Below, piece after piece: positions 27,512 to 37,220 of a stretch of 64,000 nucleotides of DNA. The position numbers and the translations under genes are program-made. Numbering within the stretch: position 1 is the first letter of the stretch; the number at the start of each line of letters is the position of its first letter. This stretch comes from Myxococcales bacterium (GTDB lineage Bacteria; Myxococcota_A; Polyangia; Polyangiales; DASUME01). The notes under the pieces are model-generated. The model ran no database searches. It was given only the letters and a program-made list of their open reading frames with translations, and was not told the DNA's origin. The DNA lies in the NCBI GenBank assembly GCA_047601445.1, contig JASGJH010000001.1, positions 3,392,001 to 3,456,000 of the forward strand, in the 5' to 3' direction.

Positions 27512-28984
27512 GTGGGCGCTGAACCCTCGACCGCGGAACTCGCTCGCTCGTTGAGCGAGACCCAGATCGCCATGAACATCATGTGGACCATGCTGTGCGG
27601 GTTCCTCGTGATGTTCATGCAGGCCGGCTTCGCCATGGTCGAGACGGGCCTCACGCGGGCCAAGAACGTGGCCCACACGATGGGCATGAACTTTCTGGTC
27701 TACAGCATCGGCATCCTGGGATTTTGGGCCGTTGGGTTCGGTCTGCAGATGGGCGGCGTCGGCGCGCTCACCACGTTCGGCGGCGACACTGCACTTTCGC
27801 GCGAGCTGGTCGTGATGTTCGACGGCAAAGAGCACGGTGTGTTCGGTCTGAGCGGCTTCATGCTGCCGCCTTCGATCTTCACGCCAGCGGTCGCCACCAC
27901 GTTCTTCTTCCAAATGATGTTCATGGACACCACCTGCACGATCCCCACGGGGGCTCTGGCGGAGCGCTGGAAATTCGCCTCGTTCATCCTGTTCAGCTTC
28001 GTCATCGCCACCGTGATTTATCCGGTCTATGCCAACTGGGTGTGGGGCGGCGGTTGGCTCTCCTCCCTCGGCAAGAACTACGGCCTGGGTCACGGCCATC
28101 TGGACTTCGCGGGCAGCTCGGTCGTGCATCTCACGGGGGGAGTTCTCTCGCTCGTGTGCTGCAAGCTACTCGGGCCGCGCTACGGCAAGTTCGGACGCCA
28201 GGGCGAGGTGCATGCGCTGCCAGGCCACAACGTGCCGATGACCGTGTGTGGAACCTTCGTGCTGGCCTTCGGGTGGTTCGGCTTCAACGCAGGCTCCACG
28301 CTGGCGGGAACCGACACACGCCTTGCGGTCGTTGCGGTGAACACCATGCTCGCCAGCGCGAGCGGCGCCTTCGCATCGTGCTTGTTCACGTGGTCTCGCT
28401 TCGGCAAACCCGACGTCAGCATGATGTGCAACGGGATGCTGGCTGGCCTCGTCGCAGTGACGGCCTCGTGTGCTTTCGTGTCTTCGCTCTCCGCGCTCGT
28501 GATCGGCGCCATCGGAGGCGTGCTGGTGGTGGTCTCGACGCTGTTCGTGGAGCGCACCCTCCGCATCGACGATCCCGTGGGCGCCATCTCGGTGCACGGC
28601 GTGAACGGACTCTGGGGCATCGTCGCGCTCGGATTGTTCGCTGACGGAACCTACGGAAACGGCTTGAATGGTGTTTCAGGGAATGTGCGGGGCTTGTTCT
28701 ATGGCGACGCGGGCCAGCTCGGAGCCGAGCTCATCGGCATCGTGGCCAACGTCGTGTACGTAGGCATTGCGGGGGTGCTCGCGTTCACGCTGATCGACCG
28801 CCTGGTCGGCAACCGCGCGTCGCTCGACGACGAGATCGGCGGGCTCGATTTGGCGGAAATGGGGATGGAGGGCTACGCCGCCGACCGCCCGCTGACGCCC
28901 GATCTCGAAAGTATGGAAGCCCACAGCTTGGCCCCAGAACGGCCGCCCGCGGTCGCCCGCGCCCTCTCGACTCCGACCGGATAG
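27512..28984 (+). CDS. amt: Ammonium transporter (Amt), copy 1
   Basis: FMQAGF, GALAER, DFAGSSVVH, WFGFNAGS and DDPVGAISVHG (twin His); GTG start after GGAGAAG. Confidence 0.93.
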   Translation: MGAEPSTAELARSLSETQIAMNIMWTMLCGFLVMFMQAGFAMVETGLTRAKNVAHTMGMNFLVYSIGILGFWAVGFGLQMGGVGALTTFGGDTALSRELVVMFDGKEHGVFGLSGFMLPPSIFTPAVATTFFFQMMFMDTTCTIPTGALAERWKFASFILFSFVIATVIYPVYANWVWGGGWLSSLGKNYGLGHGHLDFAGSSVVHLTGGVLSLVCCKLLGPRYGKFGRQGEVHALPGHNVPMTVCGTFVLAFGWFGFNAGSTLAGTDTRLAVVAVNTMLASASGAFASCLFTWSRFGKPDVSMMCNGMLAGLVAVTASCAFVSSLSALVIGAIGGVLVVVSTLFVERTLRIDDPVGAISVHGVNGLWGIVALGLFADGTYGNGLNGVSGNVRGLFYGDAGQLGAELIGIVANVVYVGIAGVLAFTLIDRLVGNRASLDDEIGGLDLAEMGMEGYAADRPLTPDLESMEAHSLAPERPPAVARALSTPTG

Positions 28985-28991
28985 GCCCCCA

Positions 28992-29048
28992 AAGTGCGCT
29001 TTGGCAATCTGCCGGAAACACACTTCGTGCCTACAAGTGCGCCCTGGC
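28992..29048. promoter_or_regulatory. Direct repeat AAGTGCGCYYTGGC x2 upstream of amt copy 2
   Basis: 28992-29005 AAGTGCGCTTTGGC and 29035-29048 AAGTGCGCCCTGGC, 43 nt apart. Confidence 0.4.
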
Positions 29049-29121
29049 CATAGTTATTACTGGGACGAAACTTTCGAGAAATACATCCCGGCTAGTTTCC
29101 CTCCCACGTGGAGGTAACGAA

Positions 29122-30615
29122 ATGAGTGTACGCCAAGCAAGGGCGATGGGATGGCTGGGGCGGGGATTGCTCGCCGCAGGAACGGTTGTGACGAGCGGGC
29201 TCGCTAGCCTGTCCACTGCGTTGGCGGAAGACGCCCCGGCAGACCTCGCGGCGCGCGTCGCCGACCTCGAGGCGTACATGAACAACACCAAGCCTGCCGC
29301 GCTGACGGTGGCAGGTCCTGGTCACAACGCCTGGTTGATGACCAGCGCGGCCCTCGTGCTGTTCATGACGCTGCCTGGCTTGGCCCTCTTCTACGGCGGC
29401 CTCGTGCGTCGCAAGAACATCCTGTCCGTGGTTGCCCAGTGCGGTGCGATGCTCGGCTTGGTCCCGCTGCTGTGGTGGGCCTTCGGTTACAGCATGGCGT
29501 TCGCGCCCGGCAATCCCTTCGTGGGCGGCTTCGACTTGGCCATGCTCAAGGGCGTGGGCGGCGGCACAGGGATGCTGTTCTGGATCTCGGACATCGTCTT
29601 CTGCATGTTCCAGATGATGTTCGCCATCATCACGCCGGCACTCATCGTCGGCGCCATCGCCGAGCGCATGAAGTTCTCCGCACTGGTGGCCTTCCTGGTG
29701 CTCTGGATGGTGGCTGTGTACTTCCCCATGGCGCACATGGTGTGGGGTCCCGGCGGCTTCATGAACGGCATCGGCAACGCCGAGGCGGGCATCAAGGCCA
29801 TCGACTTCGCGGGCGGCACCGTGGTGCACATGACCTCGGGTTGGTCGGCGCTCATCCTCTGCCTGATGCTCGGGCCGCGCGCGGGCTTCGGCAAGCGCCC
29901 CATGGCTCCTCACAGCCTGGCCTTCACCGCCATCGGCACCGGCATGCTCTGGGTCGGCTGGTACGGCTTCAACGCGGGTAGCGCCGGCGCTGCCGATGCG
30001 ATCGCCGCCAACGCCTTCGCCACCACCACGCTCGCCGCTGCCATCGCAGGCGCCACCTGGCCCGCCATCGAGTGGCTCACTCACGGCAAGCCCACCGTGC
30101 TCGGCTTCTGCTCGGGCGTCGTCGCGGGCCTCGTCGTCATCACGCCGGCCGCCGGCTTCGTCACGCCCTCCGCCTCCGTGGCCATGGGCGCCATCGCGGG
30201 CGTCGTGTGCTTCTTCGCCTGCACCAAGCTCAAGGCCGCCCTCAAGTACGACGACGCGCTCGACACCTTCGGCGTCCATGGCGTCGGCGGCACCCTCGGC
30301 GCGGTGCTGACGGGCGTGTTCGCGACCCCCAGCGTCAACTCGGCCATCGAGCCCCTGATGGGTAGCCTGCTCGTGGAGCAGCTCAAGTCCATCGGCTTCA
30401 CGCTCGTCATCTCCGTGGTGTCCACGGTGGTGCTCGCCTCCATCGTCAAGGCCGTCATGGGACTTCGTCCCAACGCGGACGACGAGGAGACCGGCCTCGA
30501 CTACACCGACCACGGCGAGAGCGGCTACCACGACGAGACCGGTGGCGGTCACCTCTCGTTCCCCACGGCGGCTCGCGAAGAGACCGCTGCGGCCGCGGCT
30601 CCGGTCAAGGCCTGA
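29122..30615 (+). CDS. amtB: Ammonium transporter AmtB-type, copy 2
   Basis: FMTLPGLALFYGG, FQMMFAIIT, DFAGGTVVH, WYGFNAGS, DDALDTFGVHG and GLDYTDHGE; GGAGG RBS. Confidence 0.95.
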   Translation: MSVRQARAMGWLGRGLLAAGTVVTSGLASLSTALAEDAPADLAARVADLEAYMNNTKPAALTVAGPGHNAWLMTSAALVLFMTLPGLALFYGGLVRRKNILSVVAQCGAMLGLVPLLWWAFGYSMAFAPGNPFVGGFDLAMLKGVGGGTGMLFWISDIVFCMFQMMFAIITPALIVGAIAERMKFSALVAFLVLWMVAVYFPMAHMVWGPGGFMNGIGNAEAGIKAIDFAGGTVVHMTSGWSALILCLMLGPRAGFGKRPMAPHSLAFTAIGTGMLWVGWYGFNAGSAGAADAIAANAFATTTLAAAIAGATWPAIEWLTHGKPTVLGFCSGVVAGLVVITPAAGFVTPSASVAMGAIAGVVCFFACTKLKAALKYDDALDTFGVHGVGGTLGAVLTGVFATPSVNSAIEPLMGSLLVEQLKSIGFTLVISVVSTVVLASIVKAVMGLRPNADDEETGLDYTDHGESGYHDETGGGHLSFPTAAREETAAAAAPVKA

Positions 30616-30639
30616 TCCGACGCCCACGCTGGGCACCTC

Positions 30640-30676
30640 GAGGGGCCGCGGTGGAGACGCCGCGGCCTTCGCTTTT
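30640..30676 (+). terminator. Probable intrinsic terminator after amtB
   Basis: GGCCGCGG-N8-CCGCGGCC stem followed by TTCGCTTTT, between convergent genes. Confidence 0.6.
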
Positions 30677-30716
30677 CCGTCGAGCGCTCTCCGTCAGTCG
30701 CTCTACGGCGGGCTCA

Positions 30717-31349
30717 TCACTCCTTGAGCGTGACCTTGAAGGGTTGGCTGATCTCCTGGAACACGGCCAACGCCTCCAGCTGTGCGGCGTCTGCCGAGAG
30801 GCGCGGCCAACGCTCGAGTTCGAGCAAACCTGGCAGAGCCTCCGTGGTGAAGCGCAGGACACACGCCACGGCGATGTCGGCGTGACTCAGCTGCGAGCCC
30901 AGCCAGTGCGGCGCCATGGACTCGCGTCGCTCGGACTCGAGGAGATCGAGCGTGTCCGTGATCTGGGCGCGACAGCGGTCACTCCACACGGCCGACGGAC
31001 GATCACGCAACACCCCCTCGTAAACCAAGCTCACGGCCTTGTCCCCGAGGCCCGTCGCGAAGCTGATCACGCGCAGTCCCCGTCGGCGCGCGGGGCCCGA
31101 GCGCGGCAAGAGCTGCTGCTCGGGCTCCACGCGCTGGTCGAGCTCGTCGAGGATGGTGGCACTTTCGATCAAGCTGGTGCCGTCGGGGAGCACCAGCACG
31201 GGCACGCGGCGCAGAGGGTTGAAGGCCGCCAGGCGATCGGCGTCGCCCCATACGGACCACGGGCGGTGCTCGAAGGGGATGCCGTAGAGGCGCATGGCGA
31301 TGCCGACACGGCGCACGAATGGGGAGTCGAACTGACCGATGAGGATCAT
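30717..31349 (-). CDS. Glutathione S-transferase family protein
   Basis: SPFVRRV, NPLRRVPVL, LIESATI and LSHADIA. Confidence 0.9.
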   Translation of the reverse strand: MILIGQFDSPFVRRVGIAMRLYGIPFEHRPWSVWGDADRLAAFNPLRRVPVLVLPDGTSLIESATILDELDQRVEPEQQLLPRSGPARRRGLRVISFATGLGDKAVSLVYEGVLRDRPSAVWSDRCRAQITDTLDLLESERRESMAPHWLGSQLSHADIAVACVLRFTTEALPGLLELERWPRLSADAAQLEALAVFQEISQPFKVTLKE

Positions 31350-31513
31350 GGGAGGCACCTTAGGCGATCGCGCCTGGAGCGTCCCGGGTGAGGATCAAGG
31401 CTGATGAGCCTGACGGGGGCCTGGGCGATCGCTCGGGAAAAGCGCCGGCTCCCTCTCGGGCGTAACACCTGAGCACTTGTCAAGGGGATCAGGGCACGCG
31501 ATATCTCAGCGTC

Positions 31514-34500
31514 GTGATCACCATCGTCGCCGAAAAGCCCTCCGTTGCCCGCGATATCGGGCGCGTATTGGGCGCCACCCAGCGAGGCGATGGCATGCTG
31601 CGCGGCGGGGGCTATGCGGTGACCTGGGCGGTCGGCCATCTGGTCGCACTGGCCGAGCCGGAGCGGGTCGACCCACGCTGGAAGTCGTGGCGCTTCGACT
31701 ATCTCCCCATGCTGCCGGAGCAGTGGCCGCTCTACGTGGTGGAGTCCACACGCGCGCAGTTCGAGGTCGTGCGTCGCTTGATCACGGCCCCCGAGACCAC
31801 CCAGGTCGTGTGCGCCACGGACGCGGGGCGCGAAGGGGAGCTCATCTTCCGCTACATCGCCGAGCTCGCCGAGCTGCGCAAGCCGGTCAAGCGCCTGTGG
31901 ATCTCGTCGCTCACCGACGAGGCGATTCGCGCGGGCTTCGAGCGCCTGCGCGGCGGGGCCGAGTTCGACGCGCTGGCCGACGCGGCGCGCGGACGCAGCC
32001 GGGCCGACTGGCTGGTGGGGATGAACCTGTCGCGGGCCTACACCTTGAAGGCGCAGAGCCAAACCGCGTTCGGTGAGAAGAGCCAAGTGTTCTCGGTGGG
32101 GCGCGTGCAGACGCCTACCCTGGCGATGATCGTGGAGCGCGATCGCAGCATTCGGAGCTTCGTTCCCGAGGAGTATCTGGAGGTCGTGCTGTCGCTCTCG
32201 CCGATCCCCGAGGGCCAGCTGTTCGAGGCGCGCTACGTGCGCTCCCCGGAGGATCGCGAGCCCAGTCGATTGCCGGTGAAGCCCAAGCTCGAGGGACAGC
32301 TTGGCGGACGCGAAGAAGCCGAGGCGCTGTGCGCTCGCGCCCGCACGGGCGAGATCGCGGTGCAGGCGGTGGAGCGTGAGGAAAAGCGCGCTCGCCCCCA
32401 GCTCTTGTACGACCTCACGGAGCTCCAGCGGCACGCGGCGCGTCTCTATGGCTTCTCGGCCAGCCGCACGCTGGAGATCGCCCAGCGTTTGTACGAGGAG
32501 CACAAGCTACTCAGCTACCCGCGTACGGACAGTCGTCACCTCACGAGCGATGTGGCGCGCACGCTGCCGGAGATCGTGGCGGCCGTCCGCGCTCCCTACG
32601 AGGCCTTGTTCGTGGTGGACCCGGCGCAGGGCTCACTCGGCAGGCGCTTCGTGGACGACGCCCAGGTACGCGACCACCACGCCATCATTCCCACGGGTAA
32701 GCCGTGTCGCCTGGGCCAGAGTACCGACGAGTTCAAACTCTACGACCTGGTCGTGCGGCGACTGTTGGCTGCGTTCCAACCGGACTACGTCTGGGCAGTC
32801 ACGTCGGTGCGCGTCGAGGTTAGCGCGAACGCGAGTTCCAGCGACGGTGCCGCCAAGTCGGGCTCCGCGCTCTCCGAGGCCACGGTCGATCACTACCTGG
32901 CGCGCGGGACCACGGTGCTGGCCGAGGGCCACCGCCAGCTCGACGTGAAGCTACGGGGGCGCTTCGACTCAAACGCAGTCGAGACGGAGTTGCCGCCGCT
33001 TGCCGAGGGAGAAGCGTTGCGGCTCGAGCAAGCGCGCGGCGACGAAAAGCAGACTCGTCCGCCACCGCCCTTCAGCGAGGCCAGCCTGCTGACAGCCATG
33101 GAGACCGCGGGTCGGGCCCTGGACGACAAGGAACTCTCCGAAGTCATGCGTGAGCGTGGGCTCGGTACGCCAGCAACCCGCGCGGCCATCATCGAGACCT
33201 TGTTGGCCCGCAACTTCGTGGTGCGCGATCAAAAGAGCCTGCGCAGCACGGAACGCGGCGAGGCGCTGATCGAGGCGGTGCATCCGCACGTAAAGAGCGC
33301 CCAGATGACGGGCGAGTGGGAGCACAAGCTACGGCAAATCGAGCGCGGAAGCCTGCAGCTCGAGCGGTTCATGGACGAGATCGCGGACTACGTTCGCGAG
33401 GTGGTGGGCAGCGTGGGCCAGGGCATGCCTCCCACCAGCACCAGGTCGTCGAGCGCCGCGTCGCACGCGTCGGCCATGCCGCTCGCCGCACGCCCCGAAG
33501 GTCGTCCGGCTCGGGCGCGCGACGCCGATGCGGAGCCCTATCAAGCGCGGGCCCCAGGCAGCGAGCCGTACCAGGCGCGAGCGCATGGCGGCGAGTCTCC
33601 CGCAACTCGGGCACCGAGCGCAGCAGCCAGACCGCGCGCGCCCGTGGTGCCGGGCACTCCGCTCGTCGAAGTGCTCGAGCAGCGCTTTGGCTTCTCGTCT
33701 TTCCGCCCCCATCAACGCGAGATCTGCGAGCTACTGGTGGCCGGCAACGACGCGCTGTTGGTGATGCCCACGGGAGCGGGCAAGTCCCTGTGCTACCAGC
33801 TGCCGGGCGTGGCGCGCGGAGGCACCACGCTGGTGGTGAGCCCGCTCATCGCGCTGATCGAAGATCAGGTGAGCAAGTTGCGCGCTCAGGGCTTGGTGGC
33901 GGAGCGCATTCATTCGGGGTTGCCACGCGACGCCGCGCGTGAGGTTTGTCGCAACTACCTGCGGGGTGACCTGGACTTCCTCTTCATCGCGCCGGAGCGC
34001 CTGCGCGTTCCCGGCTTCACCGAATTACTCGAGAAGCGTCCGCCGGCGCTGATCGCGGTCGACGAGGCCCACTGCATCTCGCAATGGGGCCACGATTTCC
34101 GGCCAGACTATCGCATGCTGCGCGATCGCCTGCCGAGGCGCGGCGCAGGCCCGGTGGTCGCACTCACAGCCACAGCCACACCCGAAGTCCAGCGGGACAT
34201 CGTCGACCAGCTGGGCATCCCCGGCGCCGCGCGCTCCATCCATGGCTTCCGCCGGCACAACCTGGAGGTGCAGGTCGTGGAAGCATTGCCGCGGCTGCGC
34301 GAGGACCTCGCGCGCAGCGTGCTCGGGCAAGCGGGACGACTCCCCGCCATCGTGTACGCACCCACTCGGAGTCGGGCCGATGAGGTCGCCGCGGCCCTCG
34401 GACAACGCTTCCGCTGCGCCGCCTATCACGCGGGCATGGATGGCAGCGCCCGTGAGCGCGTGCTGAGTGCGTTTCTTTCGGGACAGCTGGACGTGGTCGT

Positions 34501-35392
34501 GGCCACCATCGCCTTCGGCATGGGCGTCGACAAGGCCGACGTGCGCACCGTGCTGCACATGTCGAGTCCGGGCAGCGTCGAGGGTTACTACCAGGAAATC
34601 GGCCGGGCGGGGCGCGATGGCAAGCCCTCGTTGGCATTGCTGCTCACCTCGGCCGGCGACCGCCGCACCCACGAGTTCTTTTTCGAGCGCGACTACCCGG
34701 ACACGAGTGAACTCGAGCGGGTGTACTCCAAGCTCTCGGAGTCCCCCGTCTTCAAGGGCTCCTTGGCGCGCGTGCTCAAGCTCGAGGACGAAGTGCTCGA
34801 CCGCATCCTCGACAAGCTGTGGGTGCACGGGGGCGCGCGCATCGATCACGACGACCAAATCGTGCGGGGTCATGCCGAATTCCGCCGCACCTACCCCAAG
34901 CACCGTGCGAGCCGCGCCGCCCAGATCGCGCACATGGCCCGGTACATTCACACCGAAGAGTGCCGCATGCTGGCCCTGATCCGGCACTTCGGCGACGACG
35001 AAGATCTGGGCAAGCCGTGCGGCAACTGCGATCGCTGCCGACCCGAGCGGCGCCTGTTCGCGGGCCAGGCAGCGGAGCCCCAACCGCGCCCGCGCGCGGC
35101 CCGCACCCGCGGCTCGGAGCGGCGCACGCGAGCACGCCCCAACTACGACGACGTGGCCTCGGTGGAGGCCCCCGCCAAGCTCGTGGAGGCCCTGCGCACC
35201 TTCCGGCGTGAGGAAGCTCGGGCGCGGTCCATTCCGGCCTTTCGGGTGCTCACCGATCGCGTGCTCTTTGCCCTGGCCGAGGGCTGTCCGGCGAGCGAAG
35301 CGGAGCTGTTGGAGATCCAGGGCGTGGGACCGGCCCTGGCCAAGAAGTACGGCCCACGGTTGATCGCCATCGTGCGCGAGTGCACCCGCTGA
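31514..35392 (+). CDS. topB: DNA topoisomerase III - RecQ helicase - HRDC fusion protein
   Basis: Topo IA motifs: [24 protein letters not shown], catalytic [16 protein letters not shown]. RecQ motifs: [47 protein letters not shown]…CGNCDRC. HRDC at the C-terminus. One uninterrupted frame. Confidence 0.92.
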   Translation: MITIVAEKPSVARDIGRVLGATQRGDGMLRGGGYAVTWAVGHLVALAEPERVDPRWKSWRFDYLPMLPEQWPLYVVESTRAQFEVVRRLITAPETTQVVCATDAGREGELIFRYIAELAELRKPVKRLWISSLTDEAIRAGFERLRGGAEFDALADAARGRSRADWLVGMNLSRAYTLKAQSQTAFGEKSQVFSVGRVQTPTLAMIVERDRSIRSFVPEEYLEVVLSLSPIPEGQLFEARYVRSPEDREPSRLPVKPKLEGQLGGREEAEALCARARTGEIAVQAVEREEKRARPQLLYDLTELQRHAARLYGFSASRTLEIAQRLYEEHKLLSYPRTDSRHLTSDVARTLPEIVAAVRAPYEALFVVDPAQGSLGRRFVDDAQVRDHHAIIPTGKPCRLGQSTDEFKLYDLVVRRLLAAFQPDYVWAVTSVRVEVSANASSSDGAAKSGSALSEATVDHYLARGTTVLAEGHRQLDVKLRGRFDSNAVETELPPLAEGEALRLEQARGDEKQTRPPPPFSEASLLTAMETAGRALDDKELSEVMRERGLGTPATRAAIIETLLARNFVVRDQKSLRSTERGEALIEAVHPHVKSAQMTGEWEHKLRQIERGSLQLERFMDEIADYVREVVGSVGQGMPPTSTRSSSAASHASAMPLAARPEGRPARARDADAEPYQARAPGSEPYQARAHGGESPATRAPSAAARPRAPVVPGTPLVEVLEQRFGFSSFRPHQREICELLVAGNDALLVMPTGAGKSLCYQLPGVARGGTTLVVSPLIALIEDQVSKLRAQGLVAERIHSGLPRDAAREVCRNYLRGDLDFLFIAPERLRVPGFTELLEKRPPALIAVDEAHCISQWGHDFRPDYRMLRDRLPRRGAGPVVALTATATPEVQRDIVDQLGIPGAARSIHGFRRHNLEVQVVEALPRLREDLARSVLGQAGRLPAIVYAPTRSRADEVAAALGQRFRCAAYHAGMDGSARERVLSAFLSGQLDVVVATIAFGMGVDKADVRTVLHMSSPGSVEGYYQEIGRAGRDGKPSLALLLTSAGDRRTHEFFFERDYPDTSELERVYSKLSESPVFKGSLARVLKLEDEVLDRILDKLWVHGGARIDHDDQIVRGHAEFRRTYPKHRASRAAQIAHMARYIHTEECRMLALIRHFGDDEDLGKPCGNCDRCRPERRLFAGQAAEPQPRPRAARTRGSERRTRARPNYDDVASVEAPAKLVEALRTFRREEARARSIPAFRVLTDRVLFALAEGCPASEAELLEIQGVGPALAKKYGPRLIAIVRECTR
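33533..33622 (+). repeat. 30-bp coding tandem repeat (2 clear + 1 degenerate copy) in the Topo-RecQ linker
   Basis: Encodes [10 protein letters not shown] / [10 protein letters not shown] / [10 protein letters not shown]. Confidence 0.7.
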
Positions 35393-35445
35393 GAGCTCCG
35401 CTTCGAGGTTGGCAGTCGCGAAAAATTCGCCATGCTGGGCGCGCC

Positions 35446-37182
35446 ATGTCGGGCCCATCCACCTCAGGTTTCCGTGCCGCACTCTGGCTGTGTTCGTGCC
35501 TGAGCCTCATGGTCTACAAGGCCGTGACGGTGCTGCCCGTGTCCCCCGGGGGAGCCGCGAGTTCGCTGTTCGTCGAGGCCGCCTTCATGGGGCTGATCTT
35601 GGGCTCGTTTCAGCTCTTGGCCCACCTGTTACCGCGTGCCGATCGGCTCCTGGGCTGGGTCTTCGGAGTGCTGATGCTGGTGTGTCTCACCTTCTTCACC
35701 TCGCACGCCTACTTCTTCGCGTCAGCGGCCGAACGTCGCTTCTCGCCTCTCGACGTCGATCTCGCGGCCATTGGGTATTTCTTCAGTCACGTGTTGCCGC
35801 TCGACGGACTCGCCGCGTTACTCGCGACGGCACTGGTGAGCTTTGGCGGCGCCACCTGGATTTCGCGCCGGACCGACCTCAGCGCGTCACGGGCCTTCCG
35901 TGCAACGCTCGCGGTTCCGCTTCTGGCATCCATGGCACTCGTGGGGTGGGCGCCGCGCGTGCCCTCCCCCGTGATGGACATGGCCTACGGCGTCGTCGAG
36001 GATCTGCGCACGCCCAGGCTCGACCTCTCCGGCGTGCGAGCGCTCCCGGGTTCGCCCGCCGAGCTGGACCTCTCGGCACACTTGCTCGACACTCCTGCCC
36101 GCGACGAGCTCGGCTTCGCCCGCGTCTTGGTGTTCGTCATGGAGACGATGACCGCCGAGAACTTCGAGCGCGAACGCAAGGCACTGCCGAGCGCGAGCTT
36201 CGTGAACGCCATGCGCAGCCACAGTCGGCGCTACACCCGCTACTTCCCGAGCAATCAAGACAGTCGCACGGGCATGCTCGGCATGCTGTCCTCGAGGCTC
36301 ATCCCCTACGAGGCCTATACGGAAGTGGGGCGCGATCACTATCTCTACCTGGCGAAGCGCCCCTCCTTGGTGGACGCCATGCGCGCACGCGGCTACCAGA
36401 CCGCCTTCGCGGTATCCCAGGATGAGATCGAGCTGGTGGTGGGAGACATGCCCTGGCAGCGCGTGCTCCATCTCGACCAGGCCGCTCTCGAACGAGCGCG
36501 CAAGGCAGGCCAGCTGTGCTTCGTGCCCTACGAGTTCGAGCACAGCTGCGAGGACTTGGCCCTGTTGCCGCAGGTGCTCGAGCTCATCGACCAGCACCCC
36601 AGGTTGTTCCTCTACCAAGAGTTCGTGTGGGGCCACGCCTCGGAGTACAACGAAGCTTCCGGCAAGACCAACACCGCCTACTACTCCCAGTACCTCGACG
36701 CCGTCGTCGCGCACCTGTCCGCGAAGGGGTTGCTCGAGGACACCTTGATCGTGCTCACCTCGGATCACGGCTTTCGCGACACGAGTTTACAGGGCGATCC
36801 CGAGGTGGTGCGCATCCCCCTGCTGTTCCACGCGCCTCGCTTCGCAGAGCACGAGGACGAGCGGCTATTCGCTCACATGGACTTCGCTCAACTGCTCTTC
36901 CACGCGCTGGCTGCTCAGCAGCCCGAGCCGCGCGAGCGCCCCTTCACGCTGGTGGTGGGACCCACGGGCTCGTCCTTCGTGCTGGGACTGACGCGAGAGC
37001 GCGAACTGATGTGGTTCAAGACGAGCGCCGACAAGCAGCTCCTTCTGCGCCACGTGATGCTCGACCGCCAGGGCAAGCCCGTGCGCGCGCTCGAAGACAC
37101 CACGCGCCCGGCGGGCTTCCTCAAGCTCTTCTACGACTATCGCGCCCACTTCGATGCCCAGGGCATCCCGGCCACGCCCTGA
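35446..37182 (+). CDS. Membrane-anchored alkaline-phosphatase-superfamily enzyme (LtaS/sulfatase-like)
   Basis: About 5 N-terminal TMs; FVMET, WGH and DTLIVLTSDHG metal-binding motifs. Confidence 0.7.
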   Translation: MSGPSTSGFRAALWLCSCLSLMVYKAVTVLPVSPGGAASSLFVEAAFMGLILGSFQLLAHLLPRADRLLGWVFGVLMLVCLTFFTSHAYFFASAAERRFSPLDVDLAAIGYFFSHVLPLDGLAALLATALVSFGGATWISRRTDLSASRAFRATLAVPLLASMALVGWAPRVPSPVMDMAYGVVEDLRTPRLDLSGVRALPGSPAELDLSAHLLDTPARDELGFARVLVFVMETMTAENFERERKALPSASFVNAMRSHSRRYTRYFPSNQDSRTGMLGMLSSRLIPYEAYTEVGRDHYLYLAKRPSLVDAMRARGYQTAFAVSQDEIELVVGDMPWQRVLHLDQAALERARKAGQLCFVPYEFEHSCEDLALLPQVLELIDQHPRLFLYQEFVWGHASEYNEASGKTNTAYYSQYLDAVVAHLSAKGLLEDTLIVLTSDHGFRDTSLQGDPEVVRIPLLFHAPRFAEHEDERLFAHMDFAQLLFHALAAQQPEPRERPFTLVVGPTGSSFVLGLTRERELMWFKTSADKQLLLRHVMLDRQGKPVRALEDTTRPAGFLKLFYDYRAHFDAQGIPATP

Positions 37183-37220
37183 GTTGACCAGTTGCACGTG
37201 CTCGGCCACGCTGCTCGGCC

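Noticed and set aside
31514..35392. Reverse gyrase
   Set aside because: The domain order is topoisomerase then helicase, and the helicase has RecQ-specific motifs and HRDC; reverse gyrase has the helicase at the N-terminus
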